From the NCBI GenBank assembly GCA_002269645.1, contig NIVC01002674.1, positions 86,395 to 150,394 of the forward strand: a stretch of DNA of 64,000 nt, in the 5' to 3' direction. Made by a program: the position numbers and the translations under genes. The DNA comes from Macrostomum lignano. Lineage: Eukaryota. The notes beneath the pieces are model-generated. The model ran no database searches. It saw nothing but the letters and a program-made list of their open reading frames with translations, and was not told the DNA's origin. This document shows, piece by piece, positions 46,826-60,300 of this stretch (positions within the stretch are counted from its first letter, which is position 1; every line of letters starts with the position of its first letter).

Positions 46826-49810
46826 TGTTGTGTTGTGGTCTTTACAAGGAGTCTTTGCTCGCAACTTAACAGTTTTGTTTATTTCTTGGCTTTACCAGCC
46901 AGCTAATTTTGTCTTTTCGACATACTGCGTAAGCCATTCTTTTTAGGCGGTACTCGTACCATTATACAGTACAAAACGAAGTTCCCACTAGGCCATAGAC
47001 CAAATTCTGCTGTGACTGATTCAAGAAAATATCATATAAATATAGAATAAATCGACCCACAACACCTCCCCTCTTTGATAAAACTGTCCTTCGGAGACAA
47101 AACCGATAGTTTACTCACGGCTTCTGAGCGAGCCGAGTACTTTGTTATGGTGATACAGTTGCAGGCAATGGTGCGGGCTGCTCTTGCGTGCTCTGCTCCG
47201 TGCCGGGCAACTCGGTCGGGCTGTCAATATAGTTTCAGGAGGATTTGCTGGAGGTTCTTGCACTGCGGAAGATTCTGCTTAAATTCCGTCTCCGACAGCC
47301 GCATCTTCCCCTGGGCCGTGCAACTGATCAAGGTGGACCTTTGTACTGCAGGGCTGCCCCGGAGGGGGACACAGCGGGAAGGCGCAGACGCCCATTCCGC
47401 TAAAAGGGCCTTTGTACTGTCCATTGGTTAACATGACCAGCGAGGTGTTTCTTCCGGTCAGAAAAACAATCTTGGCCAGATCTGCGGTGTTGCCCGCCAT
47501 GTCGTCACCGAAGACCCACGTGTGGCCCGGTAGAACAGCAGAAACCGATCCAAATTTTGTTGACTCAGTCCAGTGGCCTCTTCGGACGAACCTTTATGCG
47601 AGCTCGTTGCTTTGAGGGTTGTATGGCGGTGTTGTACATGCTGGCAACCATATTAAACTCTTCAGCCAATTTTGGTTGTCTCGGCAGATACAAAACTGCG
47701 TCCATTGTCAGTCACCAGAGTCCTGGGAATTCAGATCTGTGAAAAGTTCGTCGTTACTAGGACACCGCTGTGGCTGATTCCACTTGTCGTTAGTCAGATG
47801 ATGGACCTCTAGGTGGCGCTTGAGAAAAAATCTACCAGCACAAATAAGTACTGCCCATTGATTGGTCCCGCGAAGTCTGCATGTACGATCCCACGGCTCT
47901 GTAGTCTGTGTGGCCAGGAACTGAGGTGATTCCTGTTGCTTTATTTTACCATCTTGCACTCTGTCCAAAGCTGCAGGCCACCATGTATTAAAGGCTTAGT
48001 CCTTTCCATGCCCAGGTGCGTCGAATGAGCTTCCTCCATGATGGTTTGTCTCAACGCACGCGGTGGAACTACTCTCAAACCTCTAATCAACAGACCGTCT
48101 TCCATAGTGAGTTCGGTGGACACCATCTTGTACGCCCGTAGATCCTGGTGGTTGAAATTACTAGCTTGAATCGCTTCTTGGAGTCGTTTTAACTCCGGAC
48201 ATTGCTCCGACTGAATCCGCAACGTACTGCTCAATAGTTGAAGTCGGGGGAGCCAGCTCAACACTGCCAACGCTGAATGTTTGCCCCTGTCCGGGTCCAA
48301 GAAGCCAAGACAATGCATCGGAATTCATCAGGCCAGATCTCTTATAGAAGTCATATGTCATCAGGAGAATGGCCCAGCGCTGCAGCCGTGCTGATACTCG
48401 TGCCAGTAACTCTTGGTCTGGCCGTAAGTGAGTGGACGATGGTCGGTTATCAAAGTGAATTGCCTCCCTGCCAAGAACCTGTGACACCTTTGCACTGCCC
48501 ATAAAATTACAAGTGCCTCTCGCTCGATCTAGGAATATTTGCGTTCCGCTTCTGAGAGTAGCTTGCTCACGTATAGGACTGGACGATCTTCCTGCATGAA
48601 AACTCCACCGATACCTTTCTGTGATGCGTCACATTCTAGCTCGTAGCATAGTGTGCTTTGCTGGGTCGAAATTGGCTAGGGCCGACTATTCCGTTAGCAT
48701 GGCCTTCAATTTTCGATAAGCGGCGATAAGCGGATAAGCGGCGATAAGCGATAAGCGATAAGCGGCTGCAGCTCAGCTATGTCGGTTGGAGCGGACATCT
48801 CCCTGAGGCCTAGCACCTTCTCCGCATCCGGGCGGATCAGACCGTCATCCAGTACGAAGCCTAGGAATCGCACCTTTCGCTGAGAGATTTGGCATTTCTT
48901 TTCGTTAATTTTGAGATTGTGCTGCTGAAGTCTCGCTCTCACCAGCGCTTCCCGTTGTTTCAACTGCTCTTTAGTCTGACCGCCAATGAGTATGTCATCA
49001 ATACAGGCTACGGCTCCTTTAATTCCCTGTACGACCTGTGGGATTATCTTTGAAATATGCTGGGCGCTGTAGTGATACCTTTATAACGGCCGTGCTATCT
49101 CCTTTTGGTGTGCTCTTCATGATCTCCGTGGCTATTCAGGCGTAATGAACCTCAGCCTTGGCAACCGCATCCTTGAAGGTAAAGCTATGATGGTCCTTGA
49201 CCAAAAGCTTGCCTACGATCTGTTGATCCATCAGACAGCAGATGAGTTGGTCCCGCAGGCGCTCATCCTTATTATCGAATTTGCATTTCTCCGCTGACGG
49301 CAGAAGCACTGACTCTCTACGTGTGCGCGAGTACACTGTTGGAACGTGTACCGTTCAGCCAATACGAAGGTTGCCGGTACCAACAGTTCCTTTAAGGCAG
49401 CCTCCAACACCGTAGCTGACAATTGACTCGGCTTTGTTGGAGCCACCCGATCGGCTACTCGGTCATACAGGGCCGGAGACAGTTTCATGAGCAGCATCTG
49501 CGACTTTGTCTCGTTATCCACGCGGTAAAATTTTGCCGCAACTTTAAAGTCATACATTATCCATCGGGTGAAATTATTTCCGACGTCCAGCTGCTCGATC
49601 TCCATGGAGTTTTAACTGGAGTCTTAACAACAGAGACTGCTGCCTTGGTCGACTGGCCAGCCGGTGGACCTGCCACTGCCTTTGCAGGGGAGCCCAGTGT
49701 TTGTTCGCCTTAATTGCTTGCTCATGCTGATTCTGCTTGCGACGACACTGTTGTGTTGTGGACTTTACAAGGAGTCTTAGCTCCCAAGTTACCGTTTATT
49801 TGTTTCGAAT
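46826..49810 (-). mobile_element. Degenerate, internally deleted Ty3/Gypsy LTR retrotransposon
   Basis: Fragments read as gag (49605-49136, LRDQLIC), RT C-half (ITTAPSIFQR, CIDDILI, KKCQ..V.FLG), RNase H (CDASQKGIGG, IER.ALVILWAVQRC, LQRWAILLMTY), integrase (IMEEAHSTHLG; integrase core 47500-47224). PPT AAAGAGGGGAGG precedes a 239-bp 3' LTR (46826-47064, TGTTGTG...CACAACA). Multiple frameshifts and stops. Confidence 0.9.
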
Positions 49811-50386
49811 AAACGGTAAAGTGCGAAAACCCCGCCCCATATATCCGATAGTATGTACATTGCTACGCATTACTAAACGTACACAATCACACTCACTTAG
49901 ACAAGCAGCGTACACTTCACAACGGGAAGCGTATCGCACCCGGAGCTGGGGCTCAGGCTCCGCCGGCCAAGCGGAAACCCGACCCAGAGCCTAATAAGGC
50001 AATCCGCGCTGCTGAGTCTGCCTCGCGCGGACGTAGACCCACCCGCAGTAGTCGGCTGTCCGGGCTAATTCAGCGCCCCCTCAATGAAGCTCAGTTCCTG
50101 AGAATTCACCTCGAGCGGCCTCGTGCCGCTCGTCAAACTGCTCAAAGCCAGCCAAAGGAACTGGACGACGACACGGCTTGACAACCCAACTGGTGGGATT
50201 GCCACCAGAAGGATGCTGCCGGCCGAGTTCAGACTCCCGACTGTTGCGCACAAGAAGAAGACAGCAGACGTACCCCAGTCGCTGGGGATGAAGGCAGTGC
50301 AGTGCGGTCAGGTGTCTCACCTGCCGCGGGCACCGCGTCCACCTTCGCGGCTGGGGAGGCGGCTAAGCCCGAGCCAAGGGACATCA

Positions 50387-51257
50387 GCTTTAATGGCTTT
50401 TTATCAGCTTGATTGGCTTTTTATCAGCTTGATTGGCTTTTTATCAGCTTGATTGGCTTTTTATCAGCTTGAATGGCTTTTATCAGCTTGATTGGCTTTT
50501 TATCAGCTTGATTGACCTTCTATCAGCTTGATTGGCTTTTTATCAGCTTGATTGGCTTTTTATCAGCTTGATTGACCTTCTATCAGCTTGATTGGCTTTT
50601 TATCAGCTTGATTGACCTTCTATCAGCTTGATTGGCTTTTTATCAGCTTGATTGACCTTCTATCAGCTTGATTGGCTTTTTATCAGCTTGATTGACCTTC
50701 TTTTAGCTTGATTGGCTGATTATCAGCTTGATTGGCCTTTTATCCGCTGGATTGACCTTCTATCAGCTTGATTGGCTTTTTATCAGCTTGATAGGCTTCT
50801 TATCAGCTTGATTGGCTTTTTATCAGCTTGATTGGCTTTTTATCAGCTTGATTGGTCTTTTATCAGCTTGATTGGTTTTCTATCAGCTTGATTGGCTTTT
50901 TATCAGCTTGATAGGCTTTTTATCAGCTTGATTGGCCTTTTATTAGCTTGATTGGCCTTTTATCAGCTTGATTGGCCTTCTATCAGCTTGATTGACCTTC
51001 TATCAGCTTGATTGGCTTTTTATCAGCTTGATTGGCTAGTTTATCAGCTTGATTGGTCTTTTATCAGCTTGATTGGTTTTCTATCAGCTTGATTGGCTTT
51101 TTATCAGCTTGATTGGCCTTTTATCAGCTTGATTGACCTTCTATCAGCTTGATTGGCTTTTATCAGCTTGATTGGCTTTTTATCAGCTTGATTGGCTAGT
51201 TTATCAGCTTGATTGGCTTTTTATCAGCTTGATTGGCTTTTTATTAGCCTGATTGGC
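50387..51257. repeat. 20-bp minisatellite, ~43 copies (TTTTATCAGCTTGATTGGCT)
   Basis: 20-nt periodicity. Confidence 0.97.
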
Positions 51258-51757
51258 AATGGCCGATTGCAGTCATGTGGCAGTGGCTGCTACAGCGAAT
51301 GAGGATTCCCACTTGATTATTATTTTCAATGACAAAAGCATCATTCGGCCTGCTTCTTTAAATTCGCAGACAATAATTTGGCGTTTGCTGAACCCACGCT
51401 GCTAGTTTTGAGAGCTTCTTGCTCACTTCTTCAGTTCATTTGCACTTGTCGTTGTTTACTCTGTTTTCTCTCTCTCTCTCTCTGGCCAGTTCAATGTCGT
51501 TAGTCTCATCTCTCCCCCTCGCTTCCTTCTGATTGGCTCTTGGCGTGCGCCCTACTTATGTATAAATTTTTAATTCAAATTAAGTAGTCTTTCTTATTTT
51601 TCTCTACATGGCTCCCGAACAAAAAATTCCCTAACGTAAATAAATTAGTTAAAACAAAGGGCCATGCCATTGCAGCCGCCCACCAATTTTCTCGTCAAAT
51701 CATCATCCCTTCATCTGGCATCTGGTTTCGGGTTTCGTTGCTCATCATAATGCCGCC

Positions 51758-52215
51758 GACCTCTCATGGCCTCCCGTCTGCTGGCCTCTCATGGCCTACC
51801 GTCTGCCGACCTCTCATGGCCTACCGTCTGCCGGCCTCTCATGGCCTCCCGTCTGCTGGCCTCTCATGGCCTACCGTCTGCCGACCTCTCATGGCCTACC
51901 GTCTGCCGGCCTCTCATGGCCTCCCGTCTGCTGGCCTCACATGGCCTACCGTCTGCTGGCCTCTCATGGCCTTCCGTCTGCTGGCCTCTCATGGCCTACC
52001 GCCTGCCGGCCTCTCATGGCCTCCCGTCTGCTGGCCTCTCATGGCCTACCGTCTGCCGACCTCTCATGGCCTACCGTCTGCCGGCCTCTCATGGCCTCCC
52101 GTCTGCTGGCCTCACATGGCCTACCGTCTGCTGGCCTCTCATGGCCTCCCGTCTGCCGGCCTCTTATGGCTTCCCGTCTGCCGGCCTCTTATGGCCTCCC
52201 GTCTGCCGGCCTCTC
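51758..52215. repeat. 25-bp minisatellite, ~18 copies (CTCTCATGGCCTCCCGTCTGCTGGC)
   Basis: 25-nt periodicity. Confidence 0.95.
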
Positions 52216-52757
52216 AACTCTTCGCTTGATGTCTCTTTACTCGGGCTGCCGGTCTCGTCTTCGGAGTCGGTGTCGGCGGTCAATCGCACCGGTCTCTTTC
52301 TCTCGTCAATTTTCGTCACTCGCTTCGTCACATCTGCTGCAGTTGTTGTTGTTGCCAAACACCTTTCATCCACGGCTAGGGGCCTCCTCCTGGCCCCCAC
52401 GGCGGGTGACCTCTCCACCACTCCCAGTACTTCATAGCTTCTTCCGGTTGTTCACAGACCGCCCGAAGGCCGTTGCAACACCACACCCTCCTCCACCCAG
52501 CTGCTGAAGTCTGTGCGCTACACTAGAATATGAAGCTGTGACCACATATTTACACATATGAGGCTCTGCTGCAGCACTTTTAACAGCAAAACTTTCTGCG
52601 TCAGTGCGGCCCTTAGGAAGTATATATTGTTTGAGAGAACACGGACACTGCGGACAATGTTTAAAGATTGCGTTTATTTGTTAATCAGAATCATCATGTT
52701 TTTCAATGATGTGTCTTTAAAAGTTAGTTACTTCTCTGATAAATAATAAATCAGGCC

Positions 52758-53035
52758 TCATAAAAGCTGCTCGTACACTACCATCGAGTCAAAACCACCG
52801 CAGATCTGCTTTGGATTTCCCGGACACCTGTAATTACATTTTCTTAATGACAATTGCGTCCCCATTATTGAATCACCACAGTAGCAATATGTTCCACTTA
52901 TTACTCCAAAGTAAGGAGCAGTAAAGACACTGCAGTCCTTTCGGCAGCTCTCGATTGTCATTGACTCGCTGGATGACATGAAGAGGCTTAGGCTATCCTG
53001 CTTTTTGGAATTTAAGTAGCAACCGAGCAGTTTAA
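52758..53035 (-). CDS. WSC module A, terminal exon ([10 protein letters not shown]...MVVYEQLL*)
   Basis: TTCAG acceptor (phase 1), TGA at 52758-52760, AATAAA at 52673-52678. Confidence 0.85.
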
Positions 53036-54277
53036 CTGAAATTTGTATGCAAACTAATTAAACATTAAGCGAACAACAAATTAACGAACTGCTCATGCTT
53101 AATCTCATGAACAAGTAAAGTGGAAGGGCGCTAGTCACTTTGTCAGTTGTAGAAGGGGTCGGTGTACCCAAAGATGAAACAGTGCTCAATATTTATATCA
53201 TTTTCGTGTTGAGGTTGATGGTATTGATTGTACATCTGAGTATATCTACTCAGACTCAGATACTCAGATAAACTCAGACGATCGAAAGCTCACTCAGCTG
53301 AGTCAGTCAACTACGATACTACTCAGCGCTCCGTGCAGCCAAGTTCGTCGCTTGTCTGCCGGACTCGTGGAATCCAAGAGCATGTTGAGTGAGCCGCATT
53401 ATTTCTTAGAGGGCTGGAGACTCGTACTGTATTGTGTCTGCCTGGGGACGGGTCGATCCCAACGATGACGCGATCTTCTGCTCAGAGTTCAAAGTGGGTC
53501 CGGCCAGAAGACATTGGTTCAATTTAGGAGGGAGAGTGAGATCCGTTTCGGCCATTGTCCCCACACCAACCCCTTTACCAAACATTCAGAAGGTTAAATA
53601 AAGCGTTTGCACTATAAATACTACGAAGGAAATTATAGCTACTCGTATATATTGGTGGATTGAGGATGAACTTACAGTTCGGGTGCTCTGCAACAAGAGA
53701 CAGCAATTTAGTCACTTTAAAATTGAATACAGCAATACTTTACAGTGGCTTAAAACAAAAGCCGGCAAGTCAGTGCAGAATGCTGGCTCTCTTCCTTATT
53801 ATCTCCGCTAGGTTAGAGACATATCTAAAGAAAGATAGCTTGGGGTCGAACGTGACACTCAGAATTTTTAGTGTAGCGCTGGCAGGAGTTGTGTGCCGTT
53901 GATGTACATGTAGACACGTAGTTGCCGCGAGTACCTGCTCTTTCCCGGGCTAAATAGGGTGGCGGTACATTTCGAGGTTGAAATCTGTAGTTTATGCGAC
54001 TCGAGAGCAGAAAAAAGTTAGGCTAGGTATAGTCGTTGAGCTTTTCTTCGAGAGAAATGCTGTTTGGGGACGAGGCGGACGCGGTTGAGGTCATCCGCGT
54101 AGATGATCAGATTGGTCTTCGGCGTTGCTGTGGCTCTTGCTGTCATTGATGTTGCTTGCTGTTGCTGTTGCTTTTCTTCAATATTACTAGCAAGGTTTGC
54201 CCCAGTTGGGAGACAACAAAACATGAAAAGTAAAGGTTTGACTCGGCATCTCAGCAACTTTCTCCTTAAGCAATGCC

Positions 54278-54367
<90 letters not shown>

Positions 54368-57300
54368 GTTTGGCCTACATGTACATGAGGTTGTAGCTTA
54401 GTAGTTAAAGCGTCGGACTCATGACTTGAAGGTCGGGGGTTCGATTCTCGAGCGAGTCGGAACAATTTGTGTCCTTGAGCAAGACACTTAACTCTGCATT
54501 GCTTCAGTTCACCCAGCTGTAAAATGAGTGCCAGCATTTATAGCTTGGGTAATTGAGAGTGTGTGCGTGACCCCCCAGTCCAGTCCTTGGACTGAACAGC
54601 CATACACAGCTATCAGATGCGCCGTGCAATAGCTGCGGCTGAGCAGTCGGTTGCACACATGTCCATTAGGGCAGGTGTAATAAATTATTATTGTTACTAT
54701 TTATAGGCCTAGTAGCAACTCCCAGTTAAGCATTATTATCTCAGAAATCCTCTCGTCAGCATTGGCACCTCAGCAACTTCCCTGCGAACCTTCATTCACT
54801 GCTTCAGGCACAAAACCATACGGAGACGGAGCACGAATTATAAAAAATCCTGAAAACCCAAGTTTGAATTCGACAATTAAAGGAGAATGAAAATTGATTT
54901 TTAGATTATACTCACCAGCAGAGGCGGGCTGCTCGTACACAACCATTGTGATGTGACCACCGCAGATCTGCTTTGGATTTCCCGGACACCTGTAATCACA
55001 CTTTTTCAAAGACAATTGTGCACTCATAATGAAATCACCGCAGTAGCAATGCGTTCCACTTATTACTCCAAAGTAGCGATCAGTAGTCACACTGCAGTCC
55101 TTTTGGCAGCTCTCGATTGTCATGGACTCGTTGGATGACTTGTAGCGGCGTAGGTTGGAACTCGTATCGTCGTAATGAAAGTAGCAGCCTTCCAGTTTAA
55201 CTGCAAGGTTTTCATGCGAAACAATTAAACAAACTCATGGACAAGTAAAGTGCAAGGGCGCTATAACCACATTGCCAGTTAAAGTCGGTATCGGTGTACC
55301 CAAGGATGAAACAGTGCACAATATTTATATGATTTGTGTGTTGTGGTTGTTGAGTGAGAGCAAGAGCCCAAAAGTGTGTTGAGTGAGCTGCGTTATTTCT
55401 TAGAGGGCTTGTAGAGACTTATTAAACCATACCGTAATGCCCTACTTAAAGTATTATTCAAAGAAAGTCAATTTATTCTAGCGAGCTAGAATGAGTCATA
55501 TCTACTTTTAGGAACCATGCGCAAACAGAGTGACTCAGAACCCCACGTGGGACCAACATTGTTTGATCAAGGAACCGGATTCCAACAGCTGTATTTGCTT
55601 AACCCCATATATGGTAATGCTCAAGCATACGTGACAGCATAATCAAACATGAATGACCTAAGTAAATATCCGATCCCAAACCAGTTTTTATCCAAAATTT
55701 TGCCATAAATATAAGTGAAAATCCGAGTAAAAAATTCAGACTCAGAGCGGTCTCTAAGAAGACTCTGAAGGAACAAAGAAGAAGACCAATCTCTGAGGGA
55801 CCACACTTGTACAATTGGTAAGCGTTTACCGGATTCATTTCTTTGATTGTTAGTGATAGTAAGTTGAATTATTGAGTTTACGAGAGCCGTTTATTGTCGA
55901 CACATTTGAGAAAGGCCTCCTTGTTTCCTAGGATATATTCCTAGAGGATTATTGATTTGATTTGAGTTATCCGTTACGTTTCGGACGTAACGAAGAAGAC
56001 GCCCTTCAGGAGGACCTATCACAGAAACTTAGAGAATTCGATTGTTCATTAGGGCGCACGTTCTACTGTTAATTCCGAGCTCGAGGAGCGTCAAGAATTC
56101 TGATTCGCTCTTGTTTTTGGTAACGAGTCACCTAAGCCAAACCAAGACGTCTAAAAGCTACTAAAGGATCCGCTGCAGTAAGAGTTTTTTGATTTTGCAT
56201 ACACCCAGGCACTTGTCCCCAGTGTCTAGAAGTGGGAGTTTTCGAGTCACTGATCACCACTAACTCTTCAGGCTGGAGATTCGTACTGTACTGTGTCTGC
56301 CTGGAGGCGTGTCGATCCAACGAAGACGCGATCTTCCACTCAGAGTTCGAAGTGGGTCCGGCCAGACGACCGAAGCTACCTTGAGCTGGTCCTCCGAGAT
56401 TAATTGGATTAATTTAGGAGTGAGAGTGAGATCAGTTTCTGTCATTGTCCCAACACCAGTGTAAATTTACCGAACATTCAAAAGTTGAGTACAGCGTTGG
56501 CACTTTAAATACCAACAAGAAATTATAAGCATATATTGGTGGGTTGATGATGAACTTACAGTTCGGGTGCTCTGCAACAGGAGAAAGAGGAGAAAGCAGT
56601 TTGAAATTGAAAAATGGAAAATCAGCAAAAGCTACGTCGTAGTTTGCATATATGTCAATAGCAGGTTTGGCTACTGCTCTATGTAAAGTGCTAAGACTTG
56701 GTGAAATTGCAGTTCGACTGTCAGTTTCGACTAAAAACTCCAGACTAAAGGCTGGATCCAGGCTTTATTACTAAAGGCTTTATTCAGTCGAATAAACGGC
56801 ACAAAACTTTTATGTTGAGCTTCGTGTGAATTTGAATTTGAAGATGAGGCCCATTGCTTCTCGATACGTGTATGATCTTCATCTCTTTAATCTGTCAGCG
56901 TATTTAATATTATTGATGTTGCTATTTTTGTTAGCGGTTCCTTCATTTAAATTCTCGCCAGAATAATAATAAAATCCGATTTGTTTAAACGCGCTGCACC
57001 CATCTCACTCTTGACTATAAATATAGAGGAGTCTCAATTGAGGAATATCAGAGGATCGGTGAACCGCACAGACTCTCAGATAAGGGTCGAATAACCGATT
57101 CAAGTGTTCAAAGAATCTTTCTCATTTGCCAAAATTGTAAAAATATTGCTCATCGGCTGGTTGAGGGAACCAGTTTGTGCAAGCGAATACGTAGTCTAAG
57201 GAACAGATTGCGAAACAGCAAGAGAAGTGAAGACGCGTTATTCGCTAAGTTATAGGAAGAAAATCTCCAACATTCCTTTCGAAATTGAATCCACCAATGA

Positions 57301-60300
57301 CGGGTCGTAAACTGACATAAGTCAATCCCCACAAAAGGAAAATGGGGAAGAGAAAAACAGGACAACCTCGATCCATTGACAACGCCACTCAGCACTCAAT
57401 GCCACAAAGTATAGTCAACAACAGTGTCTTGCCGCTAGGCAGTGTACTCTACCGGAACGATCGGTTATTCACGTGAAAGCTCAATGCTACTCGTAAAATA
57501 ATAATTTGATTCCAGAGCTCAAGTATACTATAGAAATTGTGGAAAGACCAGAGGCCCTACAAATTTTCTGCGAATGCAATCAATCATTCCCCCCAGTTGG
57601 GGGAAAAATTCCGTATTTTCGTATTCCGTATATTCCGTAATTCCGTATTCCGTATTTTAAAGCTTCGACGACTGCCCTATGCTTTCTACAAGTAGACCCA
57701 CGTAACTTGGCAAGCACCTGGTGAATGCTAACTGCTCTGCACGTGCATGATTAGCTCCAGATTGCTTCAGACTCAAACGTATACGGAGACAGATACAAAA
57801 GTATGAAATCATGAAAACTAAACTTTAAAGTTTGATATCATTAAACACGACCATTAATTATAATATTCTCACCAGCAAGGCTGCAGGGAGTATATCCGGC
57901 TGCTCGTACACCATGTACTCAGAACCACCGCAAATCTGCTTTAGATTTCCTGGACACCTGAAATTACATTCGTTTGAAGTTTGCTCTTTTCTTAGTGAAT
58001 CCCCGCAATAGCATTCTGTTTTATTTGCGACTCCAAAGTAGCGATAAGTATAGCGACTGCAGTCCTTTTGGCAGCTCTCAATTGTCATTGACTCGCTGGA
58101 TGAAATGCGGTGTTGTAGATTAGAACTTGTATCGTTACTAATGTAGCAACCTTGCAGCTTAACTGAAATTTTAATGCAAAGTATTAAGAATAAGAAAGCG
58201 AATTGCTACTGCTTAAACTCATAAAGAATTAAAGTAGAAGGTCGCTACAGTCGCTAGTCGCATTGTCAGTTGTAGTCAGGATTGGTGCACCAAGGGTGAA
58301 GCAGTGTACAATATTTGTATGATTTGTGTGTTGAGGTTGATAACATGGCCGTGGTGCGCAGAGTCTACTCAGACTCAGATACTCAGATAAACTCAGACGA
58401 TCGAGAGCTCACTCAGCTGAGTCAGTCAACTACGATACTACTCAGCGCTCCGTGCAGCCAAGTCTGTACGGACTCGTGGAATCCAATAGCATGTTGAGTG
58501 AGCTGCGGTATTTCTTAGAGGGCTGGAGATTCGTACTGTATTGTAATCCTGGGGACGGGTCGATCCCAACGAAGACGCAATCTTCTGCTCAGAGTTCGAA
58601 GTAGGTCCGGCCAGAGAACCTAAGACACTTTGATCTCTTCCTCTGAGGCTCATTGGGTCAATTAAGGATTGGAGAGTGAGGTCTGTTTCTGCCATTGTCC
58701 CAACACCAGTGTAAATTTACCCAACATTCAAAAGGTTGAGTTAAGCGTTTGCACTATAAATACTATGGAAGAAATTATAATTATATATTGGTGGATTGAT
58801 GATATACTTACAGTTCGGGTGCTCTGCAACAAGAGGCAGCAATTTAATCGCTCTAAAGTTAAGAATCGATAAAAGCTACATCAGTTTTTGCATACATGTC
58901 AATAGCAGGTTGGCTACTGAGCTTAGTAAAGTGCTCGAGACTTTGTAAAATTACACTTTATCTTTACGAGGGTGTTAGAGTTCTTTGAGTCTTCTTAGTT
59001 TAATGGAGCTTCTAACTACGAGCGTAAGTTGCAATTTAAACGTGCCAGTGGGTTATCTCCCATCAAGATATGAATTTTCGTCTCCGCGTCCAAGACAATT
59101 GATTGCTTTAATATGGCTGTCAAGGAGGCTCCGGCAAAGGACGCTCCCTGTGAAATCTTGTGCATGAGTTTCTCCGAGGAGTAGGAGGACGCTTTAAAGA
59201 AGAGGACTCCCTCGAGGACATTGATCAGACTCTCTCACTGGCATCGATCACCGGAGTAATACCCTCGTTGAGATCTCGTTGCGACACCTGGAAGGTCTAC
59301 TGCGCCAGTCTCGAGAGGCAGCACTCCACAACTCGCGGCTCGTCAGGTCCGTTAGGCACGACACGCTCGCACAGTGCAAATCCTTTTGAGCCTGGATGGT
59401 AACTATACTACGAGCTACCAGTCCCGAAGGATCGCTTAATCTACTTCTCTTCTCCACCGGCTTTCCGCAGGTTCCTAATACTGAGTGCGTGGTCGATGAC
59501 CACAGACCCAGCGATCGGCCCCCTTACTAACAGTGCGCCCTTCAGCTGCTTCAGATGGCGCCGGATTCGTTTAAACCGTTCAAATCGCTTGGGCCGACAA
59601 CATCGCCCTGAATTCTTCAGGAGGCGCTTAAGCGGTAAGCGGCCGTGACTATACGAGTATAATAACTCAAATATACGGTCCGCGAGATCATGCTATTTCT
59701 GCTATTTCTAAGCGCACAAGAACGCTATAGGGTATTCCATTTTTAAAACCACAATGACTGCTCTATTGCAGTGAGCCACTACCACAGCTGTTAGGCGTCT
59801 CACACTACTGTCAGCAGTTTTCCTTGCCCTCGCCTTGGGTTGCTATCTGGCGCTGGGCAGCTTCCCTTCCCTTTTTGGTCTGCCTGTTTTCTGCCTCCAT
59901 ATTTTTGCTTCGCGCTCTTGTCTGCAGTCGCGCTCTTGTCACTGGCATCTCTGCTGTGGTCTGCTCTTCGTTCGCTAAAGTCCAGAGGTCACTGGTGGTT
60001 TCATTGATGGCCCCGTCCGTTTTACCCTTGTTTATGTGAGCTATAGTCACATGACAAGCCTTGTTTTCCTGGAGTCTTAAAGTGACTGGTCCGTGGCAAA
60101 AATCACATACCCCGGAACCCATGCCTTCTGTAAGGTGGGCGGTGACGTCAGTTTCTGACAAATAGACACTATGTCACGCGGTCTTGCGCACAATACTCGT
60201 AGAGCAGAGGGTTTTCCAAGGCTATAAATACGGAACCCCTCACGCTTGTTTCCAGTCAAGAGTTTCTCTATTTTTTGTTTTTAGCTATTTCTAAGTTCTT

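Noticed and set aside
54387-54460. tRNA gene
   Set aside because: The acceptor stem does not close convincingly and the sequence continues into a SINE core and tail.
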